The notes below the pieces were generated by a model. The model was not told the DNA's origin, searched no databases, and was given only the letters and a program-made list of their open reading frames with translations. From Candidatus Omnitrophota bacterium (GTDB taxonomy: Bacteria; Omnitrophota; Gorgyraeia; 2-01-FULL-45-10): DNA of 64,000 bases. The stretch spans positions 12,780-76,779 of the forward strand of contig JAPLME010000002.1 of assembly GCA_026387175.1 (NCBI GenBank), in the 5' to 3' direction. Each line of letters starts with the position of its first letter. The first letter of the stretch is position 1. A program made the position numbers and the translations under genes. Below, one piece after another: positions 16,719-26,041 of the stretch.

Positions 16719-17102
16719 ATGAGTGAAAAGAAAAAAATATTAATTGTTGACGATGATATTGATTTTATGTTCCTTACTAAAAAGAAGCTTGAGTATGCAG
16801 GCTATGAAGTCTCCACTGCTGATAATGGCCGCATGTGTTTGAAGATGGCCTATCAGGCGAAACCCGACATTATACTATTAGATATAATGCTAGAGCATGA
16901 GGATGGATTTAATGTACGATCTCTTATCAGATCCGAATTGTCGTTCGCCAATATACCCATACTTTTCATAACCGCACATAAGGAATTAGAGCCGCTACTC
17001 AGGCTAAGACAGCAGTCTGTGCCAAGCCAGGAATTCATTTATAAGGGATGTTCTACGGGGGAGCTAATAAATAAGATCGAGTCGACCATGAATAAGAAGT
17101 AA
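16719..17102 (+). CDS. Single-domain response regulator
   Basis: ILIVDDD, PDIILLD, PILFITA. Confidence 0.9.
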   Translation: MSEKKKILIVDDDIDFMFLTKKKLEYAGYEVSTADNGRMCLKMAYQAKPDIILLDIMLEHEDGFNVRSLIRSELSFANIPILFITAHKELEPLLRLRQQSVPSQEFIYKGCSTGELINKIESTMNKK

Positions 17103-17150
17103 AATGGCAAACTGGGGCCGTCTCAGGGGCCCCAGAGGATCTTCAGATAT

Positions 17151-20100
17151 ATGCCGAATATGAGACGGTTTAAGAGGCATACAATAATTGACAAGTTTAT
17201 ACTTGTCGCTATTGTATGCCTCTTTTTATTCTCAGGCGTCTCATATGGTTTAGCTCCCGCACCGGGAACACAGTCGTTTCTGATCCGCTGGGAATCGAAG
17301 CTTTTGTATATGAGCCGGACGGGGTCTCTCGGGTTTGCCGGTAGCGAAGAGGACAATCTCCGGCTTCATCAAAACGACGCGCAGGTCCTGCTCTTATCTC
17401 CCGAAGGCAGGATACTTGCGGACAACAGCTTAAGGAACGACGTCGCGGGCCTTATAAGGGCTGTCGTCTATGAAGAGGTAAGGGCTGTTATACAAATAAT
17501 GGCCGAAGAAGATCCCTCAGGATATTCTCTCCTCGCGAAGGCGGTCAGTCCGGCAAATGAATCGCTTACGGATCATATTATCGCGAAATCCGTCGAGCTC
17601 ATCACGGCGAGGGATAACGGCCTTCTCTCCGGCGCTTTGACGGAAGAGGAAGCACGGCTCCTCGCGATAGTCGAGCCGATAATTAAATCCAACGCTCACG
17701 GCCGCTTTACGCGTCTCTTCTGGGACGACGCCGCGCGCGCCGATAGGATAAAGCTCGCGATAGCGAACGGCATACACTTTGATGCCGCTCCGGCGGAAGG
17801 CCTTCCCGCGTGGGAGACACGGACCACTCCAAGCCCTTTGCGGAAGGTAGATCCGCATACGTGGTATTATCACAAACGTCTCGTTACGTATCAGGTGCCG
17901 GTGTTTGCGGTCGCGACCGATCAGGGCATAGGCAAGCTTTTAAATCTGCCGGCGCTTGCGAAGAAGAAGAGGGCGGAATTGGGAGTGAACGCCTTCATGC
18001 TGAATCCCATCCATCCGACGATAGACAAGGAGCATTCGCCTTACGCATTTGTTTCCGGATATGCGATTAATGAGCTCTATATCGATTGGCTTGTGGAAGC
18101 GTCCAGGTTCTTCCCTGAACTGGCGGCTGACGAAGATATCCTGGCTCTTCGGCAGCCTGAGCTGGCAAATGCGGATTTCGTCAAATATGAAATACTGGAG
18201 CCGATAGAGAGAAAGGCCGCGGAGAAGGTCTATAGAACTTTTTTGAAGGACAGGAAGTCGGGGCCTGTCCGGCGCCTGGCCGAAGAGTTTGAACGTTTCA
18301 AGAAAAGCCCCGATATGTCCTGGCTCGAGAGTTACGCGGACTTTCGCGCGCTTCACGATATCTATGACAGCGAGCGTTGCAGAAAGACTATCTGGATGGA
18401 GTGGGACGATGACGATAGGATAAGGTCCGGTGCCCGGTATGGAGAATTGAAAGAGCTTTATAAGTTCATGCAATTCCGGGCATACAGCCATTGGTTTGAG
18501 GCAAGGCGCGGATGCGAAGATAGTGGTGTTGCTTTATTTTACGACCATCCATGGTATTGCGGCAGGGACAGCGTCGACGTACGGGATAATCAGAGGTACT
18601 TCAGGGTTCTTGAAAACCCCGGCGTGCATACAAGCACCGGTACGCAGCAATGGGACTGCCTTGTAAGGCACAATTATACGGAGCTTAGCAGGTCCGGATA
18701 CGAGCCGTTTCTCAAGTTCCACAGATATAAGATGGACGTGCTGGGGTTTGCCGGCGGCAGGATAGACGCCGGCCATATGGCTTATAACTGGATGTCGGAA
18801 AGGTACAGGTTCCTTCAGAACGGTGATGAGCCCGGCGATGCGCTCCTCTTGGCGATAAAGCGCGAATTCGATATCAGGAACGCATTTGTCGTAGTGGAAA
18901 ATCTCGGCGCCGCTATGTGGGTGAAAGATAGGATCCAGGCACTGGGATTGAAAACGATGATGGTACTGAGGTGGCCGGATTCGCCTGTCCCGGAGAACAC
19001 AATGGCGTTTCTTACCACACACGACCTGCCCCGGCCTCTCGTCGGATACCCGCAATTTTATCAGGATCGTGGAAGGGACTCAGATGCTCATAAAGAGCTG
19101 TTTAACTGGCTGGCGAATTGCGGCGCAAGAGATATATGCATCGCCGCAGGCGACGAGTACGGGGACTGGCATCGTATAAATGATCCCGGTCTCTCCGCAG
19201 AGCAAAGGATGGATCTGTGCTGGCGCTATATCTTGCCGCGCGACAGCAGTCCGAGGATGCAGTATAAGGATCTCCCCAGCCATATCAACTGGCTCAGTAA
19301 AAATTTCACCGGCTATAACTGGGAACATGTCGATGCGAAGGCTGCGCTCGTTAAAGGGAGAGAAGATGCCGCGAAGATGGTAAAAGAGCTTCGGGCCGTT
19401 TCAAAAGAGACACTCGACGATCTCGCCCAAGATACCGATTTTGACCTGAAGTATGACGAGGGATATAGAAGCCTGGTTCCCGGCGCGCATGGAAAGAGGA
19501 TGGATATTTTCCGGAAGATAATCAACAGGATATCGGAGAGCGGTGAAACGGGCACCTATACCATGTGGCATCATGCCATAATGGGCGACTTCTTCGATTA
19601 TAGCCGCGGCCTGCTTATGTCGATAAGAGGGCTCACCGTAAGCCGGGCGCCGGAAGTGTGGGGCTACATTAGGGAGTTGGAGGATAATATCCGGAGCAAT
19701 ATAAACAGGGAAGAGGCCAATTTCGTTCTTTTGGGATTCATGGCGGAGGTCCTCGAAGGCGCGGCCCTGCGGTCGCCGATGAATGGCGCGGATATTCCGC
19801 GGGACGGATTTAGCGCTACGGTGGCGGATCTTGACCGCAAAGCCGCCTGTTACGAAAGCCGGGGCCAGAGCCTTATCCTCTATGCCGACGATCTTTTAGA
19901 AAACGCGGTTATAGTGGACCTCGGAAATACGCTCAAGAATATCCTTGCCAAACACAATATATTGGAAGGCGGCCGTATAATATTATTCGCGCGTAACGGA
20001 GCGAACGCGAAGATAATGCGCGGGCTCATAAGCGCCGCGGCTCCTGCCATTGAAGTAATTGATATAACTCCCGATCAGCTGCAGGCCGGAAACGATGAAG

Positions 20101-20414
20101 TAAAAGAGGCGGAGGCGCTTCTCCGCCGGGCCCGGGCCAAAGGCGCGGGAGAGGTGCTGGCTTTGATCAGAGGGCCTGCGGCCGAATACGATGGGCTGGC
20201 CTCTTTCGCGAAGTCGGCTTCTCTGCCGATAATCCTGATAGGGAAGGACCATGGACCCTACTCGTTTGCGCTGGCTATAGCGCTTGCGCTCGAGGCCAAA
20301 TTCCGCGATGCGCCGCTTGGCTGGCTAATTTCATTATCGAGGATAGAATCCGATGATGCCGGTTCGCTGTATGAAAGATACCGGCTGTCTCTCCGAAGCC
20401 TTATTTCCGCATAA
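17151..20414 (+). CDS. 1087-aa putative secreted protein with central GH77 4-alpha-glucanotransferase domain
   Basis: Signal peptide + LAP; SPY, GRIDAGH, VENLG, TTHD (GH77 Asp/Glu/Asp triad positions). Confidence 0.75.
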   Translation: MPNMRRFKRHTIIDKFILVAIVCLFLFSGVSYGLAPAPGTQSFLIRWESKLLYMSRTGSLGFAGSEEDNLRLHQNDAQVLLLSPEGRILADNSLRNDVAGLIRAVVYEEVRAVIQIMAEEDPSGYSLLAKAVSPANESLTDHIIAKSVELITARDNGLLSGALTEEEARLLAIVEPIIKSNAHGRFTRLFWDDAARADRIKLAIANGIHFDAAPAEGLPAWETRTTPSPLRKVDPHTWYYHKRLVTYQVPVFAVATDQGIGKLLNLPALAKKKRAELGVNAFMLNPIHPTIDKEHSPYAFVSGYAINELYIDWLVEASRFFPELAADEDILALRQPELANADFVKYEILEPIERKAAEKVYRTFLKDRKSGPVRRLAEEFERFKKSPDMSWLESYADFRALHDIYDSERCRKTIWMEWDDDDRIRSGARYGELKELYKFMQFRAYSHWFEARRGCEDSGVALFYDHPWYCGRDSVDVRDNQRYFRVLENPGVHTSTGTQQWDCLVRHNYTELSRSGYEPFLKFHRYKMDVLGFAGGRIDAGHMAYNWMSERYRFLQNGDEPGDALLLAIKREFDIRNAFVVVENLGAAMWVKDRIQALGLKTMMVLRWPDSPVPENTMAFLTTHDLPRPLVGYPQFYQDRGRDSDAHKELFNWLANCGARDICIAAGDEYGDWHRINDPGLSAEQRMDLCWRYILPRDSSPRMQYKDLPSHINWLSKNFTGYNWEHVDAKAALVKGREDAAKMVKELRAVSKETLDDLAQDTDFDLKYDEGYRSLVPGAHGKRMDIFRKIINRISESGETGTYTMWHHAIMGDFFDYSRGLLMSIRGLTVSRAPEVWGYIRELEDNIRSNINREEANFVLLGFMAEVLEGAALRSPMNGADIPRDGFSATVADLDRKAACYESRGQSLILYADDLLENAVIVDLGNTLKNILAKHNILEGGRIILFARNGANAKIMRGLISAAAPAIEVIDITPDQLQAGNDEVKEAEALLRRARAKGAGEVLALIRGPAAEYDGLASFAKSASLPIILIGKDHGPYSFALAIALALEAKFRDAPLGWLISLSRIESDDAGSLYERYRLSLRSLISA

Positions 20415-21884
20415 ATGCGATCCATAAACTGGCCCGATAGAATTAACTTCCCCTTAGCCTTCTCGCTAGTCTTCCTTTTACTGGGCTTCATAGGCATCGT
20501 CCATCATGAAATGTGGCGCGACGAATTACAGGCATGGATGATCGCCAGAGACAACACATCCCTCGCCGGCCTCGTATCTACTGTCAGATACGAGGGCCAC
20601 CCGATATTCTGGTACCTGGGACTTTACGCGATAACGAGGTTCACTCATAACCCTTTCGCGATGCAGGTATTCCATATATTGATCGCATCCGCCGGCATAT
20701 GGGTCTTCGCCAGGTTCTCGCCGTTTACTAAATTGCAGAAGGCCCTCTTCGCCTTCGGGTTCTTCCCGTTTTATGAATACGCCATAAAAAGCAGGGGATA
20801 TGCGCTGGGGATCCTTCTACTCTTCCTCTTCTGCGTATTTTATAAAGACCGTTCAAAGAAATATATTCTGATTTCCTGCGTCCTGTTCATAATGTGCCAG
20901 ACGAGCGTTTTGGGCCTCTTAATAGCCATATCTCTTCAGGCAATGCTTATCTTCGAGCTTCTTTCCGACGGTGCTTTCAGAAAAAATATCAATAAATTAG
21001 CGGTAGCGGTCATGCTAATAATATTTTTAGCCGGAATAGCCGCATCCTTATGGCAGATCATGCCGCCCGGCGACAGCACTTTCGCCGCTAACTGGCACTT
21101 GCAATTTGACGGCCTCCGCATGGAAAGGATCTTTAGCCTCCTCTCCCGGGCATACCTCTGTTCGCCGTATTACTGGTGCTTCGATCTGAACTCCGGCGCA
21201 TATCAGGCGGAGACGTTATTTCCTAATCTATGCCTATCCGCGGCGCTATTTCTCTTTATCTCCATGCTCTTCCGCAGCAAGCCGAAGATCCTCTTCCTGT
21301 ATATTTGCGGCACGGCGGTATTTTTAACATTCTTTTATGTAAAATACGGCGGATTTTCATGGCACCATGGCCATCTCTATATTCTATTGATAGCGTGTTT
21401 CTGGCTGTCCGCCTTCTACCCCGATACGCCTATTCGCAAAAGATTAGGGACCATCTTCGTCACAATAATTTTAGCCATACACTTTTATCAGGGTGCCATG
21501 GTATATGCTAAGGATTACTCTTATCCGTTTTCCGCATCTAAGGATGCGGCGCGGTTCATCGAAGATAGCGGGCTCAAGAGCATGCTGATAGCCGGAGACC
21601 TGGATTATGCCGTCTCGCCTATAGCCGGATATCTAGATAAGAAGATTTACTATTTAAGGGAGGGGAGATTCGCCACATATGTCCAATGGGACGACACCTG
21701 CCGGAAAGATTATGATCCTGCAAAGCTTCGTGAAGAGCCCGCCCTGCAGAATAAGAAGTCCCTGCTAGTGGTAAATGAAGATTTAAAAGTCCTGCCCGGC
21801 TATATGACGAAAGTCAAAGAGTTCACCAGTTCCATGGTCCCGGACGAGAAATATTACCTCTACCTGCTGGATTTCGAGAAATAA
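20415..21884 (+). CDS. Polytopic membrane protein, GT-C-like glycosyltransferase candidate
   Basis: Many TM helices; HEMWRDE and YEGHP in first periplasmic loop. Confidence 0.55.
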   Translation: MRSINWPDRINFPLAFSLVFLLLGFIGIVHHEMWRDELQAWMIARDNTSLAGLVSTVRYEGHPIFWYLGLYAITRFTHNPFAMQVFHILIASAGIWVFARFSPFTKLQKALFAFGFFPFYEYAIKSRGYALGILLLFLFCVFYKDRSKKYILISCVLFIMCQTSVLGLLIAISLQAMLIFELLSDGAFRKNINKLAVAVMLIIFLAGIAASLWQIMPPGDSTFAANWHLQFDGLRMERIFSLLSRAYLCSPYYWCFDLNSGAYQAETLFPNLCLSAALFLFISMLFRSKPKILFLYICGTAVFLTFFYVKYGGFSWHHGHLYILLIACFWLSAFYPDTPIRKRLGTIFVTIILAIHFYQGAMVYAKDYSYPFSASKDAARFIEDSGLKSMLIAGDLDYAVSPIAGYLDKKIYYLREGRFATYVQWDDTCRKDYDPAKLREEPALQNKKSLLVVNEDLKVLPGYMTKVKEFTSSMVPDEKYYLYLLDFEK

Positions 21885-21885
21885 T

Positions 21886-21957
21886 CCCCCTGACTTTATG
21901 TTTCAGCTGAACGAAGAGGAGTATGAAATCTTGAAGTCGCAATTTGCGACCTCAAAA
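21886..21957 (+). pseudogene. ORF6N gene remnant
   Basis: Translates PDFMFQLNEEEYEILKSQFATSK, homologous to RDFMFQVTKEENLRLQFATSS in 13017-13520. Confidence 0.8.
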
Positions 21958-21960
21958 TCC

Positions 21961-21988
21961 TTGACGATTGGTAGTTATGTGATAGAGT
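21961..21988 (+). promoter_or_regulatory. Sigma70 promoter candidate
   Basis: TTGACG-N16-TAGAGT with TGn extension. Confidence 0.45.
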
Positions 21989-22035
21989 TTAGTAGGATAG
22001 CCCAAGAGAATGTTAAAATAAAAAGGAGGGAAGGT

Positions 22036-22287
22036 ATGGCAGAAAATGAGAATGAAGTAAAAAATGCGGCAGGTGAAAGCAAAAGCGATAAGTTTAAAAG
22101 GCTTGCTTCAAAGAGGGTAGTAAACGCGATACAGAAGATCGAGCTTATAACGAATCTCGCGGCTTCCAGTTACGAATCGACCCCCGAGGAGGTGGCGAAG
22201 ATCCTGACCGCACTGCAGGGCTCAGTGGATAAGGTTAAGGCGGCATTTTCCAAGCAGAAGATCGACAAGACGACATTTAAGCTATAA
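22036..22287 (+). CDS. Small conserved helical hypothetical protein
   Basis: RBS AGGAGG; ESKSDKFKRLASKRV...SYESTPEEVAKI. Confidence 0.7.
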   Translation: MAENENEVKNAAGESKSDKFKRLASKRVVNAIQKIELITNLAASSYESTPEEVAKILTALQGSVDKVKAAFSKQKIDKTTFKL

Positions 22288-22317
22288 ATTATCATAGGAC
22301 ATGGAGCTGGAGGGCAA

Positions 22318-22701
22318 ATGGCTAAAAAGGTTTTAGTGGTAGATGATGAACCGGATATACTGGAAATGCTTGGGATCCGATTAGAAAGCAATGGTTATAC
22401 GGTTATTACGGCATTTAACAAAGAAGGGTGTTTTAAAAAAGCTACCGAGGAAAATCCGGATCTTATCTTGTTAGATGTTTTGTTGCCGGGGATAGGCGGG
22501 CTTGAAATATGCAAGCTTCTTAAAAAAGATGCTAAAATGAAAGATATCCCGGTTATTATTATAACGGCGTTGATCGGAGAATCGGCTGTTGAGGCAGGAT
22601 TAGAAAGCGGAGCGGTCTGCGTAATAAGTAAACCGTTTGATCCCGCAGATCTTTTAGAGAAAATAGCGGATGTTCTTAAATCCGATCATGAGATAGTGTA
22701 A
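22318..22701 (+). CDS. Single-domain response regulator
   Basis: VLVVDDE, PDLILLD, SKPF. Confidence 0.92.
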   Translation: MAKKVLVVDDEPDILEMLGIRLESNGYTVITAFNKEGCFKKATEENPDLILLDVLLPGIGGLEICKLLKKDAKMKDIPVIIITALIGESAVEAGLESGAVCVISKPFDPADLLEKIADVLKSDHEIV

Positions 22702-22719
22702 TAAAAACGCAAGGAGGCA

Positions 22720-23079
22720 ATGATAATGATGAAGAAGGCGGTGGCGGCGCTATTGGTTTTCGTGGTAATAATTTTTAATGCGGCTCCGGGATATTGCGAA
22801 ACCCCGGCTTTCAGAAAATTCAGGCGGGGTTTTTGTAACATGCTGACTTTCCATATGGAGATCGGACAACAGATGGAAGCTGTAGGTGATGCACACGGCA
22901 ATGGCTGGGCCGTAACCGTTGGCCTGACAAGAGGCATTCTTATGTCTGCGGCAAGGCTGCTCACAGGGGTGTACGAGACGGTTACATTTCCGGTGCCTTT
23001 TCCTGCCGAGTATAAGCCGATAATGAAAAAACCTGAGTTTTTCTGGACGGAACCATTCGCGGAGGCGCCGGGTAAATAA
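22720..23079 (+). CDS. TIGR04073-like exosortase system-associated protein
   Basis: KFRRGFCNML...RLLTGVYETVTFPVP. Confidence 0.75.
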   Translation: MIMMKKAVAALLVFVVIIFNAAPGYCETPAFRKFRRGFCNMLTFHMEIGQQMEAVGDAHGNGWAVTVGLTRGILMSAARLLTGVYETVTFPVPFPAEYKPIMKKPEFFWTEPFAEAPGK

Positions 23080-23098
23080 ACTAAGCTAATTAGGCAAT

Positions 23099-24112
23099 AT
23101 GCAAAAAGTCCGATATGAGCTCGATCCGTATAACAGGCTCGTCCTCGCCGGCACCGGCGCGAAGAGCGATCTCCCGAAATTCCGGCAAGTCCTGGACGGC
23201 AAATTCAAGACGGATGAAAATAATAGCCTCTCCTACCACGTAAAAGCGCCCCTTTCGAAAGACGATAATATACCCAATCAGATCAAGCTCTCCGGCGAAT
23301 GGTCCCTCACGGATGACCATGAATTGCGCCTGACATTGGACAAGTCAGCCAGAGAGACTTTCGGCGATCAGGTAACCTTGCAGGGAGATATCTTAGATGT
23401 AGATAAAAATTCTCTCTTATTCGCCGTCACGACCGCCGCGAAAGAGGGTACGCGATCGACATATATCTTGAATATCGCCGGATCATGGAAGGCCGACGAG
23501 AATAACAGGATCTCTTTTCATGTAAAGAGGGAAGGCGGCAGATACGATATCCTCACCTTCGACGGCATGTGGGAGGCTAATAAAGATCATCAGATCGTAT
23601 ATCGATACGAGAAGGCGAAGCTTGCACGAAAAAAACGGCAAACCCACACGGTGATATTCAAAGGATATTGGGACATAAAGGATAAGGTCAGGCTCTCCTA
23701 TGCATTAAGCGGAGATACCGATTCCGTATTCGATTTCAAAACAAGCGCAGGCCTTTTTAAAAAAGACTACATCCAATACGAAGTGGGCATAGGTCTGACG
23801 GATCGTAAGAAACCGGCAACGCGAACCGTTAAATTATCGGGTAAATGGAACCTGAAAAAAGACGTCGGCCTGGTCTTTGAGATCGAGTATGAAGATAAGC
23901 CCGCAAAAGCGATAATCTTCGGCGCGGATATAAGGCTCGCCGGCAGAGACGCGATATCGTTCAGGCTCAAGAGCGGTGTCGGGAATAAAGACATGGGCAT
24001 CGACCTGGAACTGTCGCGCGAGATATTTAACGGCGAAGGCGAGGTTTTCTTGAAGGCCCTTGTGTCGGGAAGAGAATCGGCCATCTGCGCTGGAGCCGCG
24101 TGGAGGTGGTAG
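23099..24112 (+). CDS. Beta-strand-rich repeat protein of unknown function
   Basis: Repeated GxW motifs; ends AWRW. Confidence 0.7.
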   Translation: MQKVRYELDPYNRLVLAGTGAKSDLPKFRQVLDGKFKTDENNSLSYHVKAPLSKDDNIPNQIKLSGEWSLTDDHELRLTLDKSARETFGDQVTLQGDILDVDKNSLLFAVTTAAKEGTRSTYILNIAGSWKADENNRISFHVKREGGRYDILTFDGMWEANKDHQIVYRYEKAKLARKKRQTHTVIFKGYWDIKDKVRLSYALSGDTDSVFDFKTSAGLFKKDYIQYEVGIGLTDRKKPATRTVKLSGKWNLKKDVGLVFEIEYEDKPAKAIIFGADIRLAGRDAISFRLKSGVGNKDMGIDLELSREIFNGEGEVFLKALVSGRESAICAGAAWRW

Positions 24113-24167
24113 TTGGAAGTGTAATTACTTTGCCTTCCGGGCCGGCTTTTTGTATAATGTTACAGGT

Positions 24168-24713
24168 ATGAGAAAGACCGTTCCATTAGATATCGCGTAC
24201 AGGCTGTTAGGTTCCGGGCCGGTGGTCCTGGTGAGTTCGCTATTGGGTAAAAGGGCCGCCCTTACTCCGATAGCCTGGAACATGCCGATATCTGACGATC
24301 CTCCGGTAGTGGCCCTCGAGATATGGAGGGACCATTTCGTATATAAGGCAATTCTCAAGACCGGCGATTTCGTAATCAATATACCTTCGAGCGATATGGC
24401 CGAGATCGTGCGCGGGCTCGGAAGCGTCTCCGGAGCTAAAGTCGATAAATTCGAGAAGTATGGCCTCGATAAAGAACCGTCGAAGAAAGTTAAATCACCC
24501 CGTCTTAGATCTGCCATAGGAATTCTTGAATGCAAGCTTCGCAGAGATAAGCATCTCCTTAATAAATACAATATAGTTGTCGGCGACGTGGTCTATGCCG
24601 AGGCCGAAAAGAGTATTTTTACAGACAGATGGCACCCTGAGAAGAAAGGGCCGAGACTGCTTCATCACCTCGGAGGCAGGATATTTTACGCTCCGGAAAG
24701 ACGTATAATCTAA
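24168..24713 (+). CDS. Flavin reductase family protein
   Basis: GPVVLVSS, GDFVINIP, GSVSGAKVDKF, LHHLGG. Confidence 0.9.
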   Translation: MRKTVPLDIAYRLLGSGPVVLVSSLLGKRAALTPIAWNMPISDDPPVVALEIWRDHFVYKAILKTGDFVINIPSSDMAEIVRGLGSVSGAKVDKFEKYGLDKEPSKKVKSPRLRSAIGILECKLRRDKHLLNKYNIVVGDVVYAEAEKSIFTDRWHPEKKGPRLLHHLGGRIFYAPERRII

Positions 24714-24733
24714 ATTAACCAAAGGAGGATAGT

Positions 24734-25036
24734 GTGAATAGACGTATAGCAGTAGTGATATTAACGTTGTGCATATGCGCTGGAATCGCATGTGCGGCCG
24801 ATGATAGCACGAAGGCCGCGTCCGAAGATAAAGATCTCGGAACAAAGACCGTCAACACCGTCACCGATACCGCAAAATCCGCCGTGGACGGTACGACGAA
24901 TACAATAAAGACTTCCGTGAGCGATACGGCCGCCGCGCCGAAGACCGCCATTCAGGCCGTCAAGGATACCGCGAACACGGCTTTAAATCATGCCGACGCG
25001 GTTATGAAGACAATCACCGGCGAAGATACTAAGTAA
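24734..25036 (+). CDS. Small secreted Thr/Ala-rich protein
   Basis: RBS AGGAGG, signal peptide, amphipathic repeats. Confidence 0.7.
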   Translation: MNRRIAVVILTLCICAGIACAADDSTKAASEDKDLGTKTVNTVTDTAKSAVDGTTNTIKTSVSDTAAAPKTAIQAVKDTANTALNHADAVMKTITGEDTK

Positions 25037-25056
25037 ATCGCAGTTCTGGCTCAAGT

Positions 25057-25085
25057 TTGACAACTAACTATTTATAGGATACAAT
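25057..25085 (+). promoter_or_regulatory. Sigma70 promoter, leaderless candidate
   Basis: TTGACA-N17-TACAAT, ATG 6 nt downstream. Confidence 0.65.
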
Positions 25086-25091
25086 CTAAAC

Positions 25092-25625
25092 ATGATTAAT
25101 AAACAGATGAAATCAATCTATTACGGTATTATATTGGCAATGGGGTTATCTTTAGCGTGCGCCGCTTCTTCTTCAGCAGAAGAGAAAGGCGACGAGTCCA
25201 TATTTAAATACAAAAAAGAGCTCTCTATCACAGATAAGCAGGAGAAGAACCTTCGCGATATCCTTACAAAGTTCCAGGACTTTATGACGGCAAAGCAGAA
25301 AGAGGTCGATGCCCTTAGCGCTGACCTCAATAAGTTGGTCACGGAGAAAGGGGACCTGAGCAAAATAAAAGCAAAACTTCAGAGTATATCCCGTATCCAG
25401 GCGGACGCGACTTACCAGGATATAGTGAGCACCAGAGCCATAGAGAAAGAGCTCTCCGCGGACCAGATAAACAAGTGGCGCGCCATGCAGGAGGAATTCA
25501 GGAAGAGCCAGCAGCAAGCGCAGGCGATGGCGGCTAAAGCAAAAGAGGATGTGGCACAACCGAAAGCAGAACAGCCGAAAATAGAAGGAAAAGTGGAAGG
25601 GATTGTCCCTAAGAAAACTAAGTAA
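25092..25625 (+). CDS. Spy/CpxP-like periplasmic protein
   Basis: Signal peptide; ELSITDKQ and ELSADQ (LTxxQ-like) motifs. Confidence 0.65.
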   Translation: MINKQMKSIYYGIILAMGLSLACAASSSAEEKGDESIFKYKKELSITDKQEKNLRDILTKFQDFMTAKQKEVDALSADLNKLVTEKGDLSKIKAKLQSISRIQADATYQDIVSTRAIEKELSADQINKWRAMQEEFRKSQQQAQAMAAKAKEDVAQPKAEQPKIEGKVEGIVPKKTK

Positions 25626-25648
25626 ACATAACGGAAGGAGGAAGTGAC

Positions 25649-25951
25649 GTGCAGAAAAACATAGTACCCGTATTAGTAGTCATATGCATAATTTTAATCA
25701 GCGTTCTCGTGATCAGTTCGAGCGCAAATGGGGTAAAGCTGAAAAAGGCCCAGGCACAGGTTATCGTATTAAACAATACGATTGTGCAGAAGGATGCGGA
25801 GATAATAAGGCTTAACAGTGTATTGCAGGTGAAGCAGCAGGCTCTCGACAGCATGAATAGAGAGATGGAGAATGTAAAGACGGAATTAAGTAATACCGTA
25901 ATAAGGCTCCAGGCCCTGCCTGCCGCGCAAAAAAGCGCCGCCACCAGATAG
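25649..25951 (+). CDS. Membrane-anchored coiled-coil protein
   Basis: RBS AGGAGG, N-terminal TM, heptads. Confidence 0.7.
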   Translation: MQKNIVPVLVVICIILISVLVISSSANGVKLKKAQAQVIVLNNTIVQKDAEIIRLNSVLQVKQQALDSMNREMENVKTELSNTVIRLQALPAAQKSAATR

Positions 25952-25968
25952 CGATAGTTTGAAAGGCA

Positions 25969-26013
25969 GGGACTGTCCCAACGTGTCTTCTAAGTGTTGA
26001 ATGGGACTGTCCC
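25969..26013. repeat. Doublet of GGGACTGTCCC palindromes (REP/REPIN-like)
   Basis: Copies at 25969-25979 and 26003-26013. Confidence 0.65.
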
Positions 26014-26041
26014 GCTTTTCTCTATATGCGGAGGTGTCCAT

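Noticed and set aside
21898-22035. N-terminal extension of the 129-aa ORF
   Set aside because: It is the ORF6N relic plus promoter read in frame; the RBS supports ATG 22036
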